A stretch of DNA of 64,000 nucleotides from a bacterium (GCA_963681965.1 OY820579.1:768001-832000), one strand, 5' to 3'. Positions 1 to 10,757 are shown, counted from the stretch's first letter. A program made the numbers and translations. The notes: a model not told the origin generated them from the sequence alone.

Positions 1-42
1 TTGGGAAACAAGAAGAAAAGAGAGTAAAATGGATATTCGCAT
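1..42 (-). CDS. 5' end of a probable exported protein (MRISILLSFLLVSQ...), runs off the window edge
   Basis: ATG at 42 on the minus strand, preceded by a GGGAGG RBS; hydrophobic signal-peptide-like start; absent from the ORF track because truncated. Confidence 0.6.
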   Translation of the reverse strand, partial: MRISILLSFLLVSQ

Positions 43-219
43 AGATCCTCCCGATCGGGAAAGTGAAGTGTGTGTTATCACACTTGATAAGGTTGTACGA
101 AATCCGACAGGTAAGTGTGAGCCAATAATTGCATTTCCGAAACACAAAGTGCTCTGAAAATGTGTATTGACCTTGAATAATGCTTGGATGTATTTCGATT
201 TTCCGTTAGTTTATAGCCT

Positions 220-1671
220 ATGACCGATACTCCGACACCGACCCCGGAAGCGATCCAGACGTTGCTCAAAGAAGGATCGCAACACCGTTCCGAAGGGCAC
301 TTTGAGGAAGCGCGGATGCGTTTTCTCGCTGCCCGCGAAGCTGCGGAAGGATTGTATAATGTCGCAATGGTATCGGAAGCCTCATTGTCACTTGGCAGGC
401 TGTTTGCCGAGCGCGGCGATTTCGATTCCGCATTCACGAATTTATCGCGAGCACTTGACGGATTTCGATCGATTGCCAATATTCAACGAATTGGTCTATC
501 CCTCCTTTCACTCGGGAATATCTTTCGGATTAAAGGCAACTACGAAGAAGCGATTCAACATTTCAACGAAGCGCTAGAGCATTTTCATGCTTCGAAAGAC
601 CGCAGTAATGTTGCCAACATTACCGCCAACTTTGCGCTGATTGCGCTGGCAATCGGCGATTTCAATAAATCCATTCAACAATTTGAACAAGCGATTGCCA
701 TCGCCCGGGAAATTAACTCCCCCTCGATGGAGATGTCGTTTACCGTAGGATATGTCAAAGTTCTTCAAGAATGCGGACGCTCCGAAGAAGCATTGGAGAA
801 GAGTGAATACTCCTTGAACTTGGCGCGGCAATATGGTGATAAACGTGAAATTGCCAATGCCCTGGGTGGTGTCGGCTATGTCGCACTTGAAAACAATCAA
901 TGGCAGCGGTCACTCGATGCGTTTCGCGAATCGCTTGAGCTTATGCGTGAGGTCGGGTCTGATTGGTTAACAGCAATCACGCTGAACAATATCGGTGTGG
1001 TTTTAAAAGCGGTTGGCGATGCCGGTGAGGCACAAAAATCTTTTCTAGAAGCGTTGAAAATCCATCGACAAATCGGAGCGCAAAACGGTGCTGCACATAC
1101 ATTAATGTCGCTTGGTGAGATTGCATTTTGTGACGGTCGCCCTGAAGAAGCATATCATTTGATCCACGAATCGCTCGAATTATCGCGAAACCTCAAATTG
1201 CAGTATCTGATTAACGTCGGCACCTCGGCACTGGCACTGATTGCCTATAGCCAGGAAGATTACGGTCAGGCAATGCTATTGTACGAATCGCTGTTAACGC
1301 AAATCGATCCTGCCAATAATCTCGCATTGTTGCTGGAATCGTACGGATTTCTTTCGCTGATTTGTATCCGCGAAAATAAACTTGCGAAAGCCGAATCCTA
1401 TTTAGGGAAAGCCATCGTCGCTACAACCGAATATCGAACCAGTGAAGCCGCACCAATATTGGCGTTGGCACAATTGGAATTGTCGCTGATGCAAAATTCG
1501 CCCGACGCGGTATCGCAAGCACTGTCAAGTTACACAACTGTCTATCAATATCGCACCAACAATCATATCGGTCGCTTGAATTTCGGTGGCTTCTACGTGG
1601 AAATGTTACAGAAACGCCTTTTGTCGTTAGGCATGACCGAAGACGATCTTTCGCGAACCGGGAAGCGCTAG
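220..1671 (+). CDS. Tetratricopeptide repeat protein
   Basis: Many TPR-like repeats (LLSLGNIFRIKGNYEEAIQHFNEAL, TLNNIGVVLKAVGDAGEAQKSFLEAL). Confidence 0.85.
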   Translation: MTDTPTPTPEAIQTLLKEGSQHRSEGHFEEARMRFLAAREAAEGLYNVAMVSEASLSLGRLFAERGDFDSAFTNLSRALDGFRSIANIQRIGLSLLSLGNIFRIKGNYEEAIQHFNEALEHFHASKDRSNVANITANFALIALAIGDFNKSIQQFEQAIAIAREINSPSMEMSFTVGYVKVLQECGRSEEALEKSEYSLNLARQYGDKREIANALGGVGYVALENNQWQRSLDAFRESLELMREVGSDWLTAITLNNIGVVLKAVGDAGEAQKSFLEALKIHRQIGAQNGAAHTLMSLGEIAFCDGRPEEAYHLIHESLELSRNLKLQYLINVGTSALALIAYSQEDYGQAMLLYESLLTQIDPANNLALLLESYGFLSLICIRENKLAKAESYLGKAIVATTEYRTSEAAPILALAQLELSLMQNSPDAVSQALSSYTTVYQYRTNNHIGRLNFGGFYVEMLQKRLLSLGMTEDDLSRTGKR

Positions 1672-1716
1672 CACAGTGTTGTTATTACGGCTAGACCCAC
1701 TTATTCAGAGATTGAG

Positions 1717-2133
1717 ATGGCAGCGAAACAGAATCTGGTAGAATGGTCCGACCAATTCTCCGTACACATTGCAGCAATCGATGAGGAACATAAACATCTA
1801 TTCGATTTATTGAATATTGTCAACTCGGCAATTGTCTATGGCAAAGGAAAAGAGATCCTCGAGTATGCGCTAACGGAATTGATAATCTATACTGAATTAC
1901 ATTTTCAGCACGAAGAAGCCGCGATGGAAAAATATGGATACCCAGGATTGGCGATGCATCGCATCGAACACAAGCATTTGATCGATCAGGTTCATGGATA
2001 TATAAAGAAGTATCATGACGGAATACTCGGCGTCACCGAATTCACGATCTTTATCAAAGGGTGGTTGATTAACCACATCGAGCGCGACGATTTACACTTC
2101 GGTAATTACTTGCTAGGAAAAGGCGTTGTTTAA
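1717..2133 (+). CDS. Bacteriohemerythrin (single domain)
   Basis: W..IDEEH, HFQHEE, HRIEH and WLINHIERDD di-iron ligand pattern intact. Confidence 0.92.
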   Translation: MAAKQNLVEWSDQFSVHIAAIDEEHKHLFDLLNIVNSAIVYGKGKEILEYALTELIIYTELHFQHEEAAMEKYGYPGLAMHRIEHKHLIDQVHGYIKKYHDGILGVTEFTIFIKGWLINHIERDDLHFGNYLLGKGVV

Positions 2134-2184
2134 CTGAGTATTCGATCGTATTCTCCAACTGTGACGATCGCGTGATAAATAGAA

Positions 2185-2211
2185 AAAGCGCACCTTCGAA
2201 GGGTGCGCTTT
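2185..2211. terminator. Bidirectional intrinsic terminator
   Basis: AAAGCGCACC-TTCGAAG-GGTGCGCTTT hairpin between convergent genes. Confidence 0.8.
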
Positions 2212-2234
2212 GTTCTTGAATATCGATTCTAGCA

Positions 2235-3149
2235 CTAGGAAACGACTTTGTATAAAAGACCCCAGATATTCGCTTTGTAGACGTCGTCGGCACGATGAAC
2301 AGAGTTATCGGCAAGGAAGTCGACATACAGCAATCGCTTGGATAATTCGGTCATTGTCGGAATATACGCGACCACTTCCCACGTTCCGGTGGTTGGTGAA
2401 TGGAAGGGTAGTCGTTGGTAAGCGTGATTGCCGTTCGGATAATAATGAATTTGTCCATAATACGAATCGGTACTGGTAGTCGTGACGCGAAGCATCAGCG
2501 AATCGCCGCGCTGAAAGTTCGGAAGATTATCGCTAGTCTGCCAGAAATTGACGGCATCGGTAACGATGGAGCCTGTCTGCGTCCAATCCGAAGTCCCGTT
2601 ACCCTTTCGGAACCACGTCACCGAAGCGATGTATGGCGAAGTGACAGATTCCGTTATAGCCGTCATCGTGGTTACAGCGACTAATTTCCAATTATGAGCA
2701 CGGTGAAATGTTTTTCCGATTCGGATGTAACTAGCTTTCTGTAAATAGGCATCGCGATACGGTTTATCGATTGTATCGGTTGCGGTAACCAATCGCAATA
2801 CCCCGGCGATGGTCCAGTTAACTTCCACCGAGGCGGTGTCTTCAGTCGAGTTGTAGGTTGTTGAAATGGTCTTCGAAACGACACGCATATGGATGCGTCC
2901 CCATTTGACAGGAACGATCGTAGTATCGGTACCAGTGGCGCTGGTATCGTCGCCGACTGATAAAATACCGTCGGAACCACCGATGTCACCCGCCGAAAAC
3001 GAAGAACTGTCTTCATTGGCGATTAATTCGCTGATTTGCTGGGTGTCGCTTCCCGGTGAAGCCGTTGGGCTGGTTGAATTTTTCGAACAACCATAGCCTA
3101 ATATGAGTAAGCCGAGTAGGCATACTACAATAAGTCGTTGAAATCGCAT
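2235..3149 (-). CDS. Hypothetical lipoprotein
   Basis: Signal peptide with lipobox-like LGYGC, then a Ser/Thr-rich linker; GGAG RBS. Confidence 0.75.
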   Translation of the reverse strand: MRFQRLIVVCLLGLLILGYGCSKNSTSPTASPGSDTQQISELIANEDSSSFSAGDIGGSDGILSVGDDTSATGTDTTIVPVKWGRIHMRVVSKTISTTYNSTEDTASVEVNWTIAGVLRLVTATDTIDKPYRDAYLQKASYIRIGKTFHRAHNWKLVAVTTMTAITESVTSPYIASVTWFRKGNGTSDWTQTGSIVTDAVNFWQTSDNLPNFQRGDSLMLRVTTTSTDSYYGQIHYYPNGNHAYQRLPFHSPTTGTWEVVAYIPTMTELSKRLLYVDFLADNSVHRADDVYKANIWGLLYKVVS

Positions 3150-3320
3150 AGTGATCTCCCCTCTACAAACAAATACATGCTATCAAATGCGGTCACTATT
3201 GAATCGACACCTGTACTGCGGGGAAGATTAATACCGGAAATTAATTAGTGATAGTATGTAATTATCAATAATGATTTTAATGAATTAGTGCGTCTAATTA
3301 AATGCTAAACTGCGTATTGG

Positions 3321-3548
3321 CTACAATTTGTTACGTATTAGTAAGTATGTGTTCAAAAGCAACAACAACATGAGTACGAGATATGAAACGATTTCAATTC
3401 TGGTTCCTTGAAAGTTTTCGTTGTAGCCATTGTACAAGATCCAACAAAACAGTACTAAATTGCCTGTAATCGCTATTTTGCGGAGGATGGGACGAATTGA
3501 ATTTTCCGACAACATGTTTACACTCACCGGTTGTGAAAAAATATTCAC
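3321..3548 (-). CDS. Small two-TM membrane protein
   Basis: Two hydrophobic segments; exact start uncertain. Confidence 0.55.
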   Translation of the reverse strand: MNIFSQPVSVNMLSENSIRPILRKIAITGNLVLFCWILYNGYNENFQGTRIEIVSYLVLMLLLLLNTYLLIRNKL

Positions 3549-3598
3549 GGATTAATGTCGCTTTCTGTCACGAAATTTAAAATTGTGATAATTAGGTA

Positions 3599-3997
3599 AT
3601 GGAGATGAAAATGGAACGGATTACCCCCAATTCTATTGCTGAGTATATCGCCGGGTTTCCGGAACCGGTACGTAGTATCTTGGCGCGGATTCGAATTGCG
3701 ATCGGTAAAGCGGCACCGGCAGCAGAAGAAACCATCAGTTATCAAATGCCGGCGTTTTCGCAGAATGGAATCCTGGTCTACTTCGCTGCCTGCAAACATC
3801 ACATCGGGTTTTATCCCACGGCATCCGGTATGGCTGCTTTCCAGAATGAATTATCGCAATATCCAAGTTCCAAGGGGGCGGTGAGATTTCCACTAGATCA
3901 ACCGATTCCTTATGGGCTGATTCGTAAAATTGTCCAATACCGGGTGAAGGAAAATCTAGAAAAGTCTTCGACCAAAGCGAAAAAACGAAAAGCATAA
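3599..3997 (+). CDS. DUF1801 / YdhG-like (iron chaperone) family protein
   Basis: SIAEYIAGFP, APAAEETISYQMPAF, HIGFYP and FPLDQPIP motifs. Confidence 0.88.
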   Translation: MEMKMERITPNSIAEYIAGFPEPVRSILARIRIAIGKAAPAAEETISYQMPAFSQNGILVYFAACKHHIGFYPTASGMAAFQNELSQYPSSKGAVRFPLDQPIPYGLIRKIVQYRVKENLEKSSTKAKKRKA

Positions 3998-4029
3998 CGA
4001 TCGGCGACAATCGAATAGAATTTGAATAA

Positions 4030-4641
4030 TTATTTCTCGATCAGGTATCGAACGATCGGTCGATGATTCGAACGGCGGGCAACCTCGACGAATCCGACCC
4101 GGGTGAATGCGGGTAAGAGACCCGAGAACACAAATGGAGCGGGGAGGGCAGTGGTATAATCGTTTGGATACGCCTCGACGATTTTCGCCCCGTGAGATTT
4201 GGCATAATCTACTGCTGCTACGATTAATTTGCTCGAGACCCCTTTTCCACGATAAGCTTTCGTGATGAAAAAGCAGACAATCGACCATACCAGTTGATCG
4301 TCGATTGGCGCAAAGATCCGTGATCGCTGTAAAGTAGAAAATGCCTCGCGCGGTGCAATGGCACACCATCCGATTGCTTCCGAGCCATGACAGATGAGGA
4401 TGCCGACCGGATGCTTAGCATCGACGAGTAGTTTCATCGCAGACCGGTTATTATCCCCGCGATTGGCATCGAATTCGCGCTTCGATAGTCGCCAATGCAT
4501 ACACCAGCAGCCACTGCAGGCACCTCGTGCACCAAACAGCCGACAGAAATCTTCCCAGCGCTCACTTGTTAAAGCGTGATTAGTCAAGTCTGATTCGGTT
4601 ATCGAAATGAGTTGCTGCGATTCTGTCATTGGCGTTTTCAT
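4030..4641 (-). CDS. GNAT family N-acetyltransferase
   Basis: GCWCMHWR, WSIVCFFI and YRGKGVSSKLI acetyl-CoA-binding motif. Confidence 0.88.
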   Translation of the reverse strand: MKTPMTESQQLISITESDLTNHALTSERWEDFCRLFGARGACSGCWCMHWRLSKREFDANRGDNNRSAMKLLVDAKHPVGILICHGSEAIGWCAIAPREAFSTLQRSRIFAPIDDQLVWSIVCFFITKAYRGKGVSSKLIVAAVDYAKSHGAKIVEAYPNDYTTALPAPFVFSGLLPAFTRVGFVEVARRSNHRPIVRYLIEK

Positions 4642-4687
4642 CGGTTTTCGTCACAAGACCCGAGATTATCGAATACTACAAATTAGC

Positions 4688-5599
4688 TTACGCTAGTCTA
4701 AATTCATAACAGGAAATTTCACACTTTTTTTTGTATCCTAGCGTTTCAAGCGATTGTGCCAAGGGAAAGTTCAGTGTGTCGATATCCCCGATAATTTGCT
4801 CACTTCCTGCAGTAAGCAATATTTCCGTTCCCTTGTGCAATAGTTCAAGCCCGTATCCTTTCCCGCGTTCTTGGGGAACGACCCCGAGATAGTTTATTGC
4901 GCCTAATTTTGGTGAAAAAATTTGTGGTACCACCAAACCAACGGGAATATTGTCAGGCGCTATCCCGATCTGCCATAATTCGGGGCGATAATCCAAATCT
5001 TTCAGAATATTAAAGTAGCTTTCTGCTGCCCGATAGGTCCCTAAATTCTTCATATTCATTAAATCGCCACGGTCAAGCGTATTTGTCGTCACATTCTCGA
5101 TAAGTGTAATAAAAAAATCATTACTAAGTTGTAAAAGCGATTGATAGATCAGCGTGCCGCCAATTTCAGGTAGCGCGTGATGAGAAGAAAAATCGAAGCG
5201 CCACTTCTCCTGAAAGCAACACATCCCTGCAGCTTCCAAACATGCGCGTCTTATGATCGCGTTGTCATCAGTAGACTCGATCCGTGCTTCAATATGTTTT
5301 ACCGAATGACGACCTAACGCGTTGAAGCTAGCGATCAAAATCCGACTTCCAATTTCGCGACTTCCTGCGGTTGTCGGGAGTAACAAATCCCAAAGCGCTA
5401 CTTCTTCCGGCAGCGACGGAAAGAGCAAATAAACCGCACCGCCAACAAAATTACTATCCTCCTCGGCAACAAAACAATATTCCGGAGAACTCCTCTGATC
5501 GATCCAGAGTGTCTGAAGTTTCGATTGAAGATTTGCAGGTGATGGCGATAGTTGTGCGAACTTCGCCAAATCATTCTGCTTAATGGTCCTAACGAGCAT
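4688..5599 (-). CDS. Tandem-domain GNAT family acetyltransferase
   Basis: C-terminal YLGVVPQERGKGYG motif A; degenerate N-terminal GNAT domain. Confidence 0.8.
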   Translation of the reverse strand: MLVRTIKQNDLAKFAQLSPSPANLQSKLQTLWIDQRSSPEYCFVAEEDSNFVGGAVYLLFPSLPEEVALWDLLLPTTAGSREIGSRILIASFNALGRHSVKHIEARIESTDDNAIIRRACLEAAGMCCFQEKWRFDFSSHHALPEIGGTLIYQSLLQLSNDFFITLIENVTTNTLDRGDLMNMKNLGTYRAAESYFNILKDLDYRPELWQIGIAPDNIPVGLVVPQIFSPKLGAINYLGVVPQERGKGYGLELLHKGTEILLTAGSEQIIGDIDTLNFPLAQSLETLGYKKKCEISCYEFRLA

Positions 5600-5679
5600 C
5601 TAATCGTCTCGATCGCGAAGCGTGTACTTCCATTTTTTTTTGCGGCTCTCAGTTAAAATCCTTGACTGGCAAGTATTGG

Positions 5680-5717
5680 AAAAAAAGCAACCACCCCACT
5701 TTGCTGAGGTGGTTGCT
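5680..5717 (-). terminator. Intrinsic terminator
   Basis: AGCAACCACC...GGTGGTTGCT stem with U-tract on the minus strand, just after the 5738 stop. Confidence 0.75.
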
Positions 5718-5737
5718 GTCGAAGATAAAAAAAATCT

Positions 5738-7780
5738 TTACTTACTCAAGGTCATCTTCTTTGCACTCTTGAAACTACCGGTCTCAAGTTGATAAAAGTA
5801 CATCCCCGGTGGTAGACTACTTGCATCAAACACAACCCGATAAGTATTCGGTTTTTGAAATTGATTCACCAATGTCGCAACTTCGCGACCAAGTACATCG
5901 TGAATTGTCAGATGAACCATCTCGGCGTTTTTAATCCCATAGGTAATTCTAGTACTCGGATTGAATGGATTGGGATAATTTTGAGCTAAGGAATACTTGA
6001 GAGGAAGTATCCCTAGTGCCGCAGCAGATGGTGTGGCTGAAGCAACCAGCGAGTGAATACTTTCGGATCCGTCGAATGCAATATCAACGATGTGATAATA
6101 ATAAGTGATCTCATTTTGGACGCGGCGATCCGAGTACGTATAATCATGCGAATTTGCACATGTTCCGTTGCCGGGAATCTGAACAATTAATTCGCCTTGA
6201 ATATTGCGCTCATGAGATCGGTATAGGTTGAAATGGTGATTGTTATATTCAGATTCGGTTCTCCACCTCAGATTCACTCTCGAGTCGCCACCAACAGCGA
6301 TAAATGACGTCATTTCTACCGGAAGAGTTCCACCACCACCGAGTACCCAAGTTGAGAAGTTGGTTACATTCAATATCTGTGCCCGGTACACATTCGGAGT
6401 ACCAGCTTGAAACAGAGTAACAGCGGCGACATAAGAATGTTCTAGCATCCCCGTCGTACTATTGAAGCTTGTACTGGGCAAATTTGAGGGAACAACAAGA
6501 GGAAGCAATCCTGCGGGAATTTGGTCGTCGGTAAAGTACAAATCGAGTGTTGCCGAGTAATTGGCTCCTCCGGTTAATTCAATATTCCAGAATCTGCCGA
6601 TCGTTAAGTTTGCTGGAATCGGTTGTGTGATTATCGGTGGAACCGTTGATGTATATGATAGCGAAACTTGTGTAGGGTTGCCGGATGCATTCAGAGGAAA
6701 ATCAATAACAACTGGAGGTAGATTTCCCGTTTGCGGATCAGGTGGAAATGATGGTGACCATGGTGAACTGTCGCCCGAACCGGTCTCTGTTTGATTCATG
6801 GAATAATCGGCAACAATTCGCGTTGTCGTTCGCGTGCATGAGGCAGTTACCAAAGGATTTGATTGTGAGGCTGCTTGCAAGGTAAAGCCATCCGTTGCAC
6901 TCGTTGCGCCGTGCGGAATGGAAACTTCCACCCATATCGAAAAATTACCGCTTGCAGAAATTGGTCCGACAGTTGAAATTAGATTTCCACCGACTCCGTC
7001 CATTATACGACTGTTCCAACTATTCCCCGACAAGGTCAAGTTATATGAATCACTACTGCCACCAGAGTTTGATCCATTGAACTGGTAATTGACGATCGTT
7101 CCGCCGTAACCTGAACTGTTCGCGGTAATCGGCGCCATCGAAACCCCAGCCGTCGAATAGGAGAACTTCGCTTCGGTAATTGTCTGGTATACCCAGACCG
7201 TATTTGACAGAGGAATTGTCGAGCCGGCAATATTTATTGCGCATCGCCAAGGTCCGCTATTCACTGTCGTTGCCCACATTGTTCTTCCAGCTGCCCGCGC
7301 TCCTTCCCAGATGCAGATCACCATCAGATTGCTGCTTCCGCCGTTGTAAACAAACGAACCACCATTCTGATTAAAAGTGAACGTCTGGTAACCGGTGGTG
7401 TTGTTAATGTTTTGGGTCGTGGAACGGTAAACGAGAGTTGCACCGGAAAGTAACGTCGACCAATTAGGATTGGATGAAAAATTGGTCACTGTTGTTTCTT
7501 TTACATAGATGTTAAGAGTTGAATTATTAGTGGTTAATCCCGATCCAGAAAGAATGCGCCAAGAGATGTCGGTGAGTGTTAACGGAAAAGAAACGCTCCC
7601 AAATTCCGAAGGATAGTAAATATTTGCAGAATTGGAAAAGGTCTCGGAAGAGTAATTCGACACGGATATTGGAGGTACTTGTTGACCGGTCGATCCGGGG
7701 CATACTGTTACAGTTGCACTTAAAGCCGCATACGAAAAAAATGCCATCACAAGAATAAAATAAATGAGTTTGTGTTTCAT
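5738..7780 (-). CDS. Secreted protein with FN3-like domain and T9SS type A / FlgD-Ig-like C-terminal sorting domain
   Basis: Signal peptide; LPVEMTSF...LRWRTESE module; LAQNYPNPFNPST...KKMTLSK C-terminus. Confidence 0.85.
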   Translation of the reverse strand: MKHKLIYFILVMAFFSYAALSATVTVCPGSTGQQVPPISVSNYSSETFSNSANIYYPSEFGSVSFPLTLTDISWRILSGSGLTTNNSTLNIYVKETTVTNFSSNPNWSTLLSGATLVYRSTTQNINNTTGYQTFTFNQNGGSFVYNGGSSNLMVICIWEGARAAGRTMWATTVNSGPWRCAINIAGSTIPLSNTVWVYQTITEAKFSYSTAGVSMAPITANSSGYGGTIVNYQFNGSNSGGSSDSYNLTLSGNSWNSRIMDGVGGNLISTVGPISASGNFSIWVEVSIPHGATSATDGFTLQAASQSNPLVTASCTRTTTRIVADYSMNQTETGSGDSSPWSPSFPPDPQTGNLPPVVIDFPLNASGNPTQVSLSYTSTVPPIITQPIPANLTIGRFWNIELTGGANYSATLDLYFTDDQIPAGLLPLVVPSNLPSTSFNSTTGMLEHSYVAAVTLFQAGTPNVYRAQILNVTNFSTWVLGGGGTLPVEMTSFIAVGGDSRVNLRWRTESEYNNHHFNLYRSHERNIQGELIVQIPGNGTCANSHDYTYSDRRVQNEITYYYHIVDIAFDGSESIHSLVASATPSAAALGILPLKYSLAQNYPNPFNPSTRITYGIKNAEMVHLTIHDVLGREVATLVNQFQKPNTYRVVFDASSLPPGMYFYQLETGSFKSAKKMTLSK

Positions 7781-8551
7781 TTACATTCTCCCAATTGGTA
7801 TGATGGAGCTATTGAATCAAACGTTTGACCTCATAGTGAACAACATTCAGTGAATAAGTAAGGATATTAGACTGGTGGAGTCGTCGGGTGAGTGCGTGCA
7901 ACTAGAAATTAGAATAAAGGGCAACATCCCACAAGTAAAATCTAGCTTTTTGTGAAAATATTCGTCGCTAGAGATACAAACTGGGCGGCATGTGTTCAAT
8001 TATTGTAAGTTGTTGTAATTGTAATTTATTGCCCATGAACGCTAGAGAAGTATACTAAATTCCTAATCGGTAACTTCTGTTTTCACCGGTTAAAAAAAGG
8101 AAAAAAGCAGAAAATATTCCGAAGACATTGTGCCATGAAGCGAGTAAGGAACATTAAATGCGAGTGTGATATTAGCTAAAAAAGACAATTCGCGACATGA
8201 ACTAGAAGTACGAAGCGATCATTAAGCTCGCTTCAAATTTCAGGAAACCTTCCACGAGAAATTTTAGTAGACTAGCGAATTCGATACTAATGTTAATCTG
8301 CTATATTGCCTCATCAAACAATAATGCTGGTGTGAGAAAATCTGGCAATAGATCTTCAGAATTGACTATGACTAGCCGTTGTTAATGGGTAAGGTTAGAG
8401 AAAACGCTGAAACCCAATAATTAACCGTTACCCGACACTAACCGTAAAGTGTTGGATAATTAGAAAAAAGATTGAATGGATCTTGTTTCGGGCGGAAAGC
8501 ACAACCAAATTCGTACTTTTGAGTAGTGCATCATCCCGATAAGGAGGTAAA

Positions 8552-8998
8552 ATGCCAATTTCTTTCCCGCAGCCCTATCTTCACGATCACCCGCCGGTAG
8601 CGAATGTCAACGATTTGTTTCTTGAGAAATTGACGCTGGGACAAAAGGCGGCTGATCGCATTGCACAGATTGTCGGTTCGTGGACATTCATCATCGTTCA
8701 ATCCTGTGTGTTATTTGTTTGGGCAGTATTGAATATTGTTGCTTGGACAAACCATTGGGATCCGTATCCATTTATTCTGATGAATCTTTTCCTGTCTCTG
8801 CAGGCGGCTTACACCGCTCCGATGTTGATGATGAGTCAAAATCGGTTAGCGATGAAGGACCGACTTGAGGCGCACAATGATTTCTTGATCAATCAAAAGG
8901 CTGAACAGGAAGTGCGCATCATCCTCGATCATCTCACCGCACAGGATTCCGCGATTGAGGAGATTCTATTGAAACTGGTGGATAAAGAAAAGAAATAG
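8552..8998 (+). CDS. DUF1003 membrane protein
   Basis: GSWTFI, WDPYPFILMNLFLS and AAYTAPMLMMSQNR signature; AAGGAGG RBS. Confidence 0.92.
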   Translation: MPISFPQPYLHDHPPVANVNDLFLEKLTLGQKAADRIAQIVGSWTFIIVQSCVLFVWAVLNIVAWTNHWDPYPFILMNLFLSLQAAYTAPMLMMSQNRLAMKDRLEAHNDFLINQKAEQEVRIILDHLTAQDSAIEEILLKLVDKEKK

Positions 8999-9093
8999 CT
9001 GCTATTCACACGAGATCAGACATTATGTTCGGAACGTGTATTGCATCATTTTGTATGGTCTGGGCTTAATTAATAGTCGAAAGAGAATTGGTT

Positions 9094-9161
9094 AAGACAG
9101 GGTATCAGGGTAATCCAAAAATCCTTGTATCGTGCGGAGTCTCGCGGAGATTCGAACTCTC
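9094..9161 (-). repeat. Degenerate copy of tRNA-Ser 3' end + terminator (array site, decayed hairpin)
   Basis: gggtatcagggtaatccaaaaatcctt..gtgcggag..ggagattcgaactctc aligns to 28174-28235. Confidence 0.75.
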
Positions 9162-9516
9162 AGTGCAGATAAACCATACTTCGTACTAATAAACTACAGT
9201 GATCTATCACTAGTCAACGTTCAAGTAATCAAGATATTCTGCTTTCAGATATCTAAAACTACAATCATCGAATTGGACACTTGACATAAAATTTCCCTTA
9301 ATCAGATGGAAAAATCCGAATTTGTATCTAATTTGAGACAGTAACTTGGTCGGGAACCCGTATCGATTCATGCTTACTGATTTCGCCGATAACTTCACAC
9401 ACTTCTTTCGAACCGTTCCAACATTCGATCGTAGCGTAAAAAAATGTGCATTTGGAAAACATCCGTTGATACTCTTTGCCAGTTTAGTTTAATAGAAATT
9501 GGAATGGAGGGTTGTT

Positions 9517-10689
9517 ATGCGGTCGGTATTTTTCATTATTCTCATTGTTCTGATAACCTCTTCTGAATTGCCCGCGCAGCACTGGGTAATGCAAACTTCT
9601 CCCAATCGAACCCGGTTGAATCGAGTTGCATTTGTCGATACAAGTAATGGCTGGGCGGTTGGCAACTCGGGGTTGATTATCCATACCTCGAATCATGGTA
9701 TCAGTTGGAATATCCAAACCAGCAATACCCCAAAGACGCTGCGAGATCTAGCATTCGTTAGTCCATCAACCGGATGGGTAGTCGGCGACAGTGGTTTGAT
9801 CTTACACACTACCGACAGCGGGAATAGTTGGAATCCGCAGATTAGCGGCACATTGAATTTTCTCAATGGTGTGGATTTTGTCGATTCGCTATACGGGTGG
9901 ACAGTCGGTACGAGTTGGATCGGAGATACGACCAGTGTAATATTGCATACCACCGATGGTGGCAATGTTTGGTCTCGACAATTCTGCGGTTCCGTCGATG
10001 CACTCACTTCCATTCAATTCATCGACCGCGACCATGGTTGGATGTCGCACGATCGTGGTGCCGTGTATCGAACCCAGAATGGCGGCAGCACCTGGCGGGG
10101 TTGCTTTATCGAATGGTCGCTTTTCATGTCGTTGTACCAAGTATCGATGGTCGATTGCGATCATGGTTGGGTTGTGGGTGGCAATGGCGGTATGGTTTTA
10201 CACTCATTCAATGTCGATAGTATCTGGCGTCGCCAACCGAGTGGGATGCTGTATTATTTTTCGGGAGTTGCTAGTATCGACACCAATACTTGCTGGGTGG
10301 TTGGCGAAAATGGCAACATCCGGCACACGCTGAATGGCGGAACCACTTGGCTTCGAGACACGATCGGCATAACAAGAAATATTCGCGGAGTATCTTTTAT
10401 CGATGCGATGAATGGTTGGGCGGTCGGGGACAGTGGAACGATTTTATACTACCATCGTGCTCCGCTGCAAGTCCCTCAGAATTTTACGATCGCAGCCGAT
10501 ACACCGGCAGTAAATCTTAGCTGGTCGGCGGTTCCGGGGGCGGGAATCCAGTATAATATTTATCGTGAAGACGTGCCCTATCACTCATTTCATACTTTGG
10601 TGGGAACGACTTCGGATACGACTTACTTAGACTTAATACAGCCCGCAACGACTTGTCACTATTATGTTGTTCGAGCATATGCACCGTGA
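9517..10689 (+). CDS. YCF48/BNR-repeat beta-propeller secreted protein with C-terminal FN3-like domain
   Basis: Repeats GWAVG..G.ILHTTDGG..W; signal peptide; GGAGG RBS before ATG 9517. Confidence 0.88.
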   Translation: MRSVFFIILIVLITSSELPAQHWVMQTSPNRTRLNRVAFVDTSNGWAVGNSGLIIHTSNHGISWNIQTSNTPKTLRDLAFVSPSTGWVVGDSGLILHTTDSGNSWNPQISGTLNFLNGVDFVDSLYGWTVGTSWIGDTTSVILHTTDGGNVWSRQFCGSVDALTSIQFIDRDHGWMSHDRGAVYRTQNGGSTWRGCFIEWSLFMSLYQVSMVDCDHGWVVGGNGGMVLHSFNVDSIWRRQPSGMLYYFSGVASIDTNTCWVVGENGNIRHTLNGGTTWLRDTIGITRNIRGVSFIDAMNGWAVGDSGTILYYHRAPLQVPQNFTIAADTPAVNLSWSAVPGAGIQYNIYREDVPYHSFHTLVGTTSDTTYLDLIQPATTCHYYVVRAYAP

Positions 10690-10757
10690 GAGACTGTCTG
10701 TTTTAATTGAACAAGATTCGGAAGTGGAGTGAAAAAATTATAGAAAAATTGGATGAA

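Noticed and set aside
8330-8460. c-di-GMP or other riboswitch upstream of DUF1003
   Set aside because: Only a vague resemblance; conserved core motifs could not be placed.
9165-9480. ORF 9210-9398 or a gene remnant
   Set aside because: No RBS or recognisable motif; other frames contain multiple stops.
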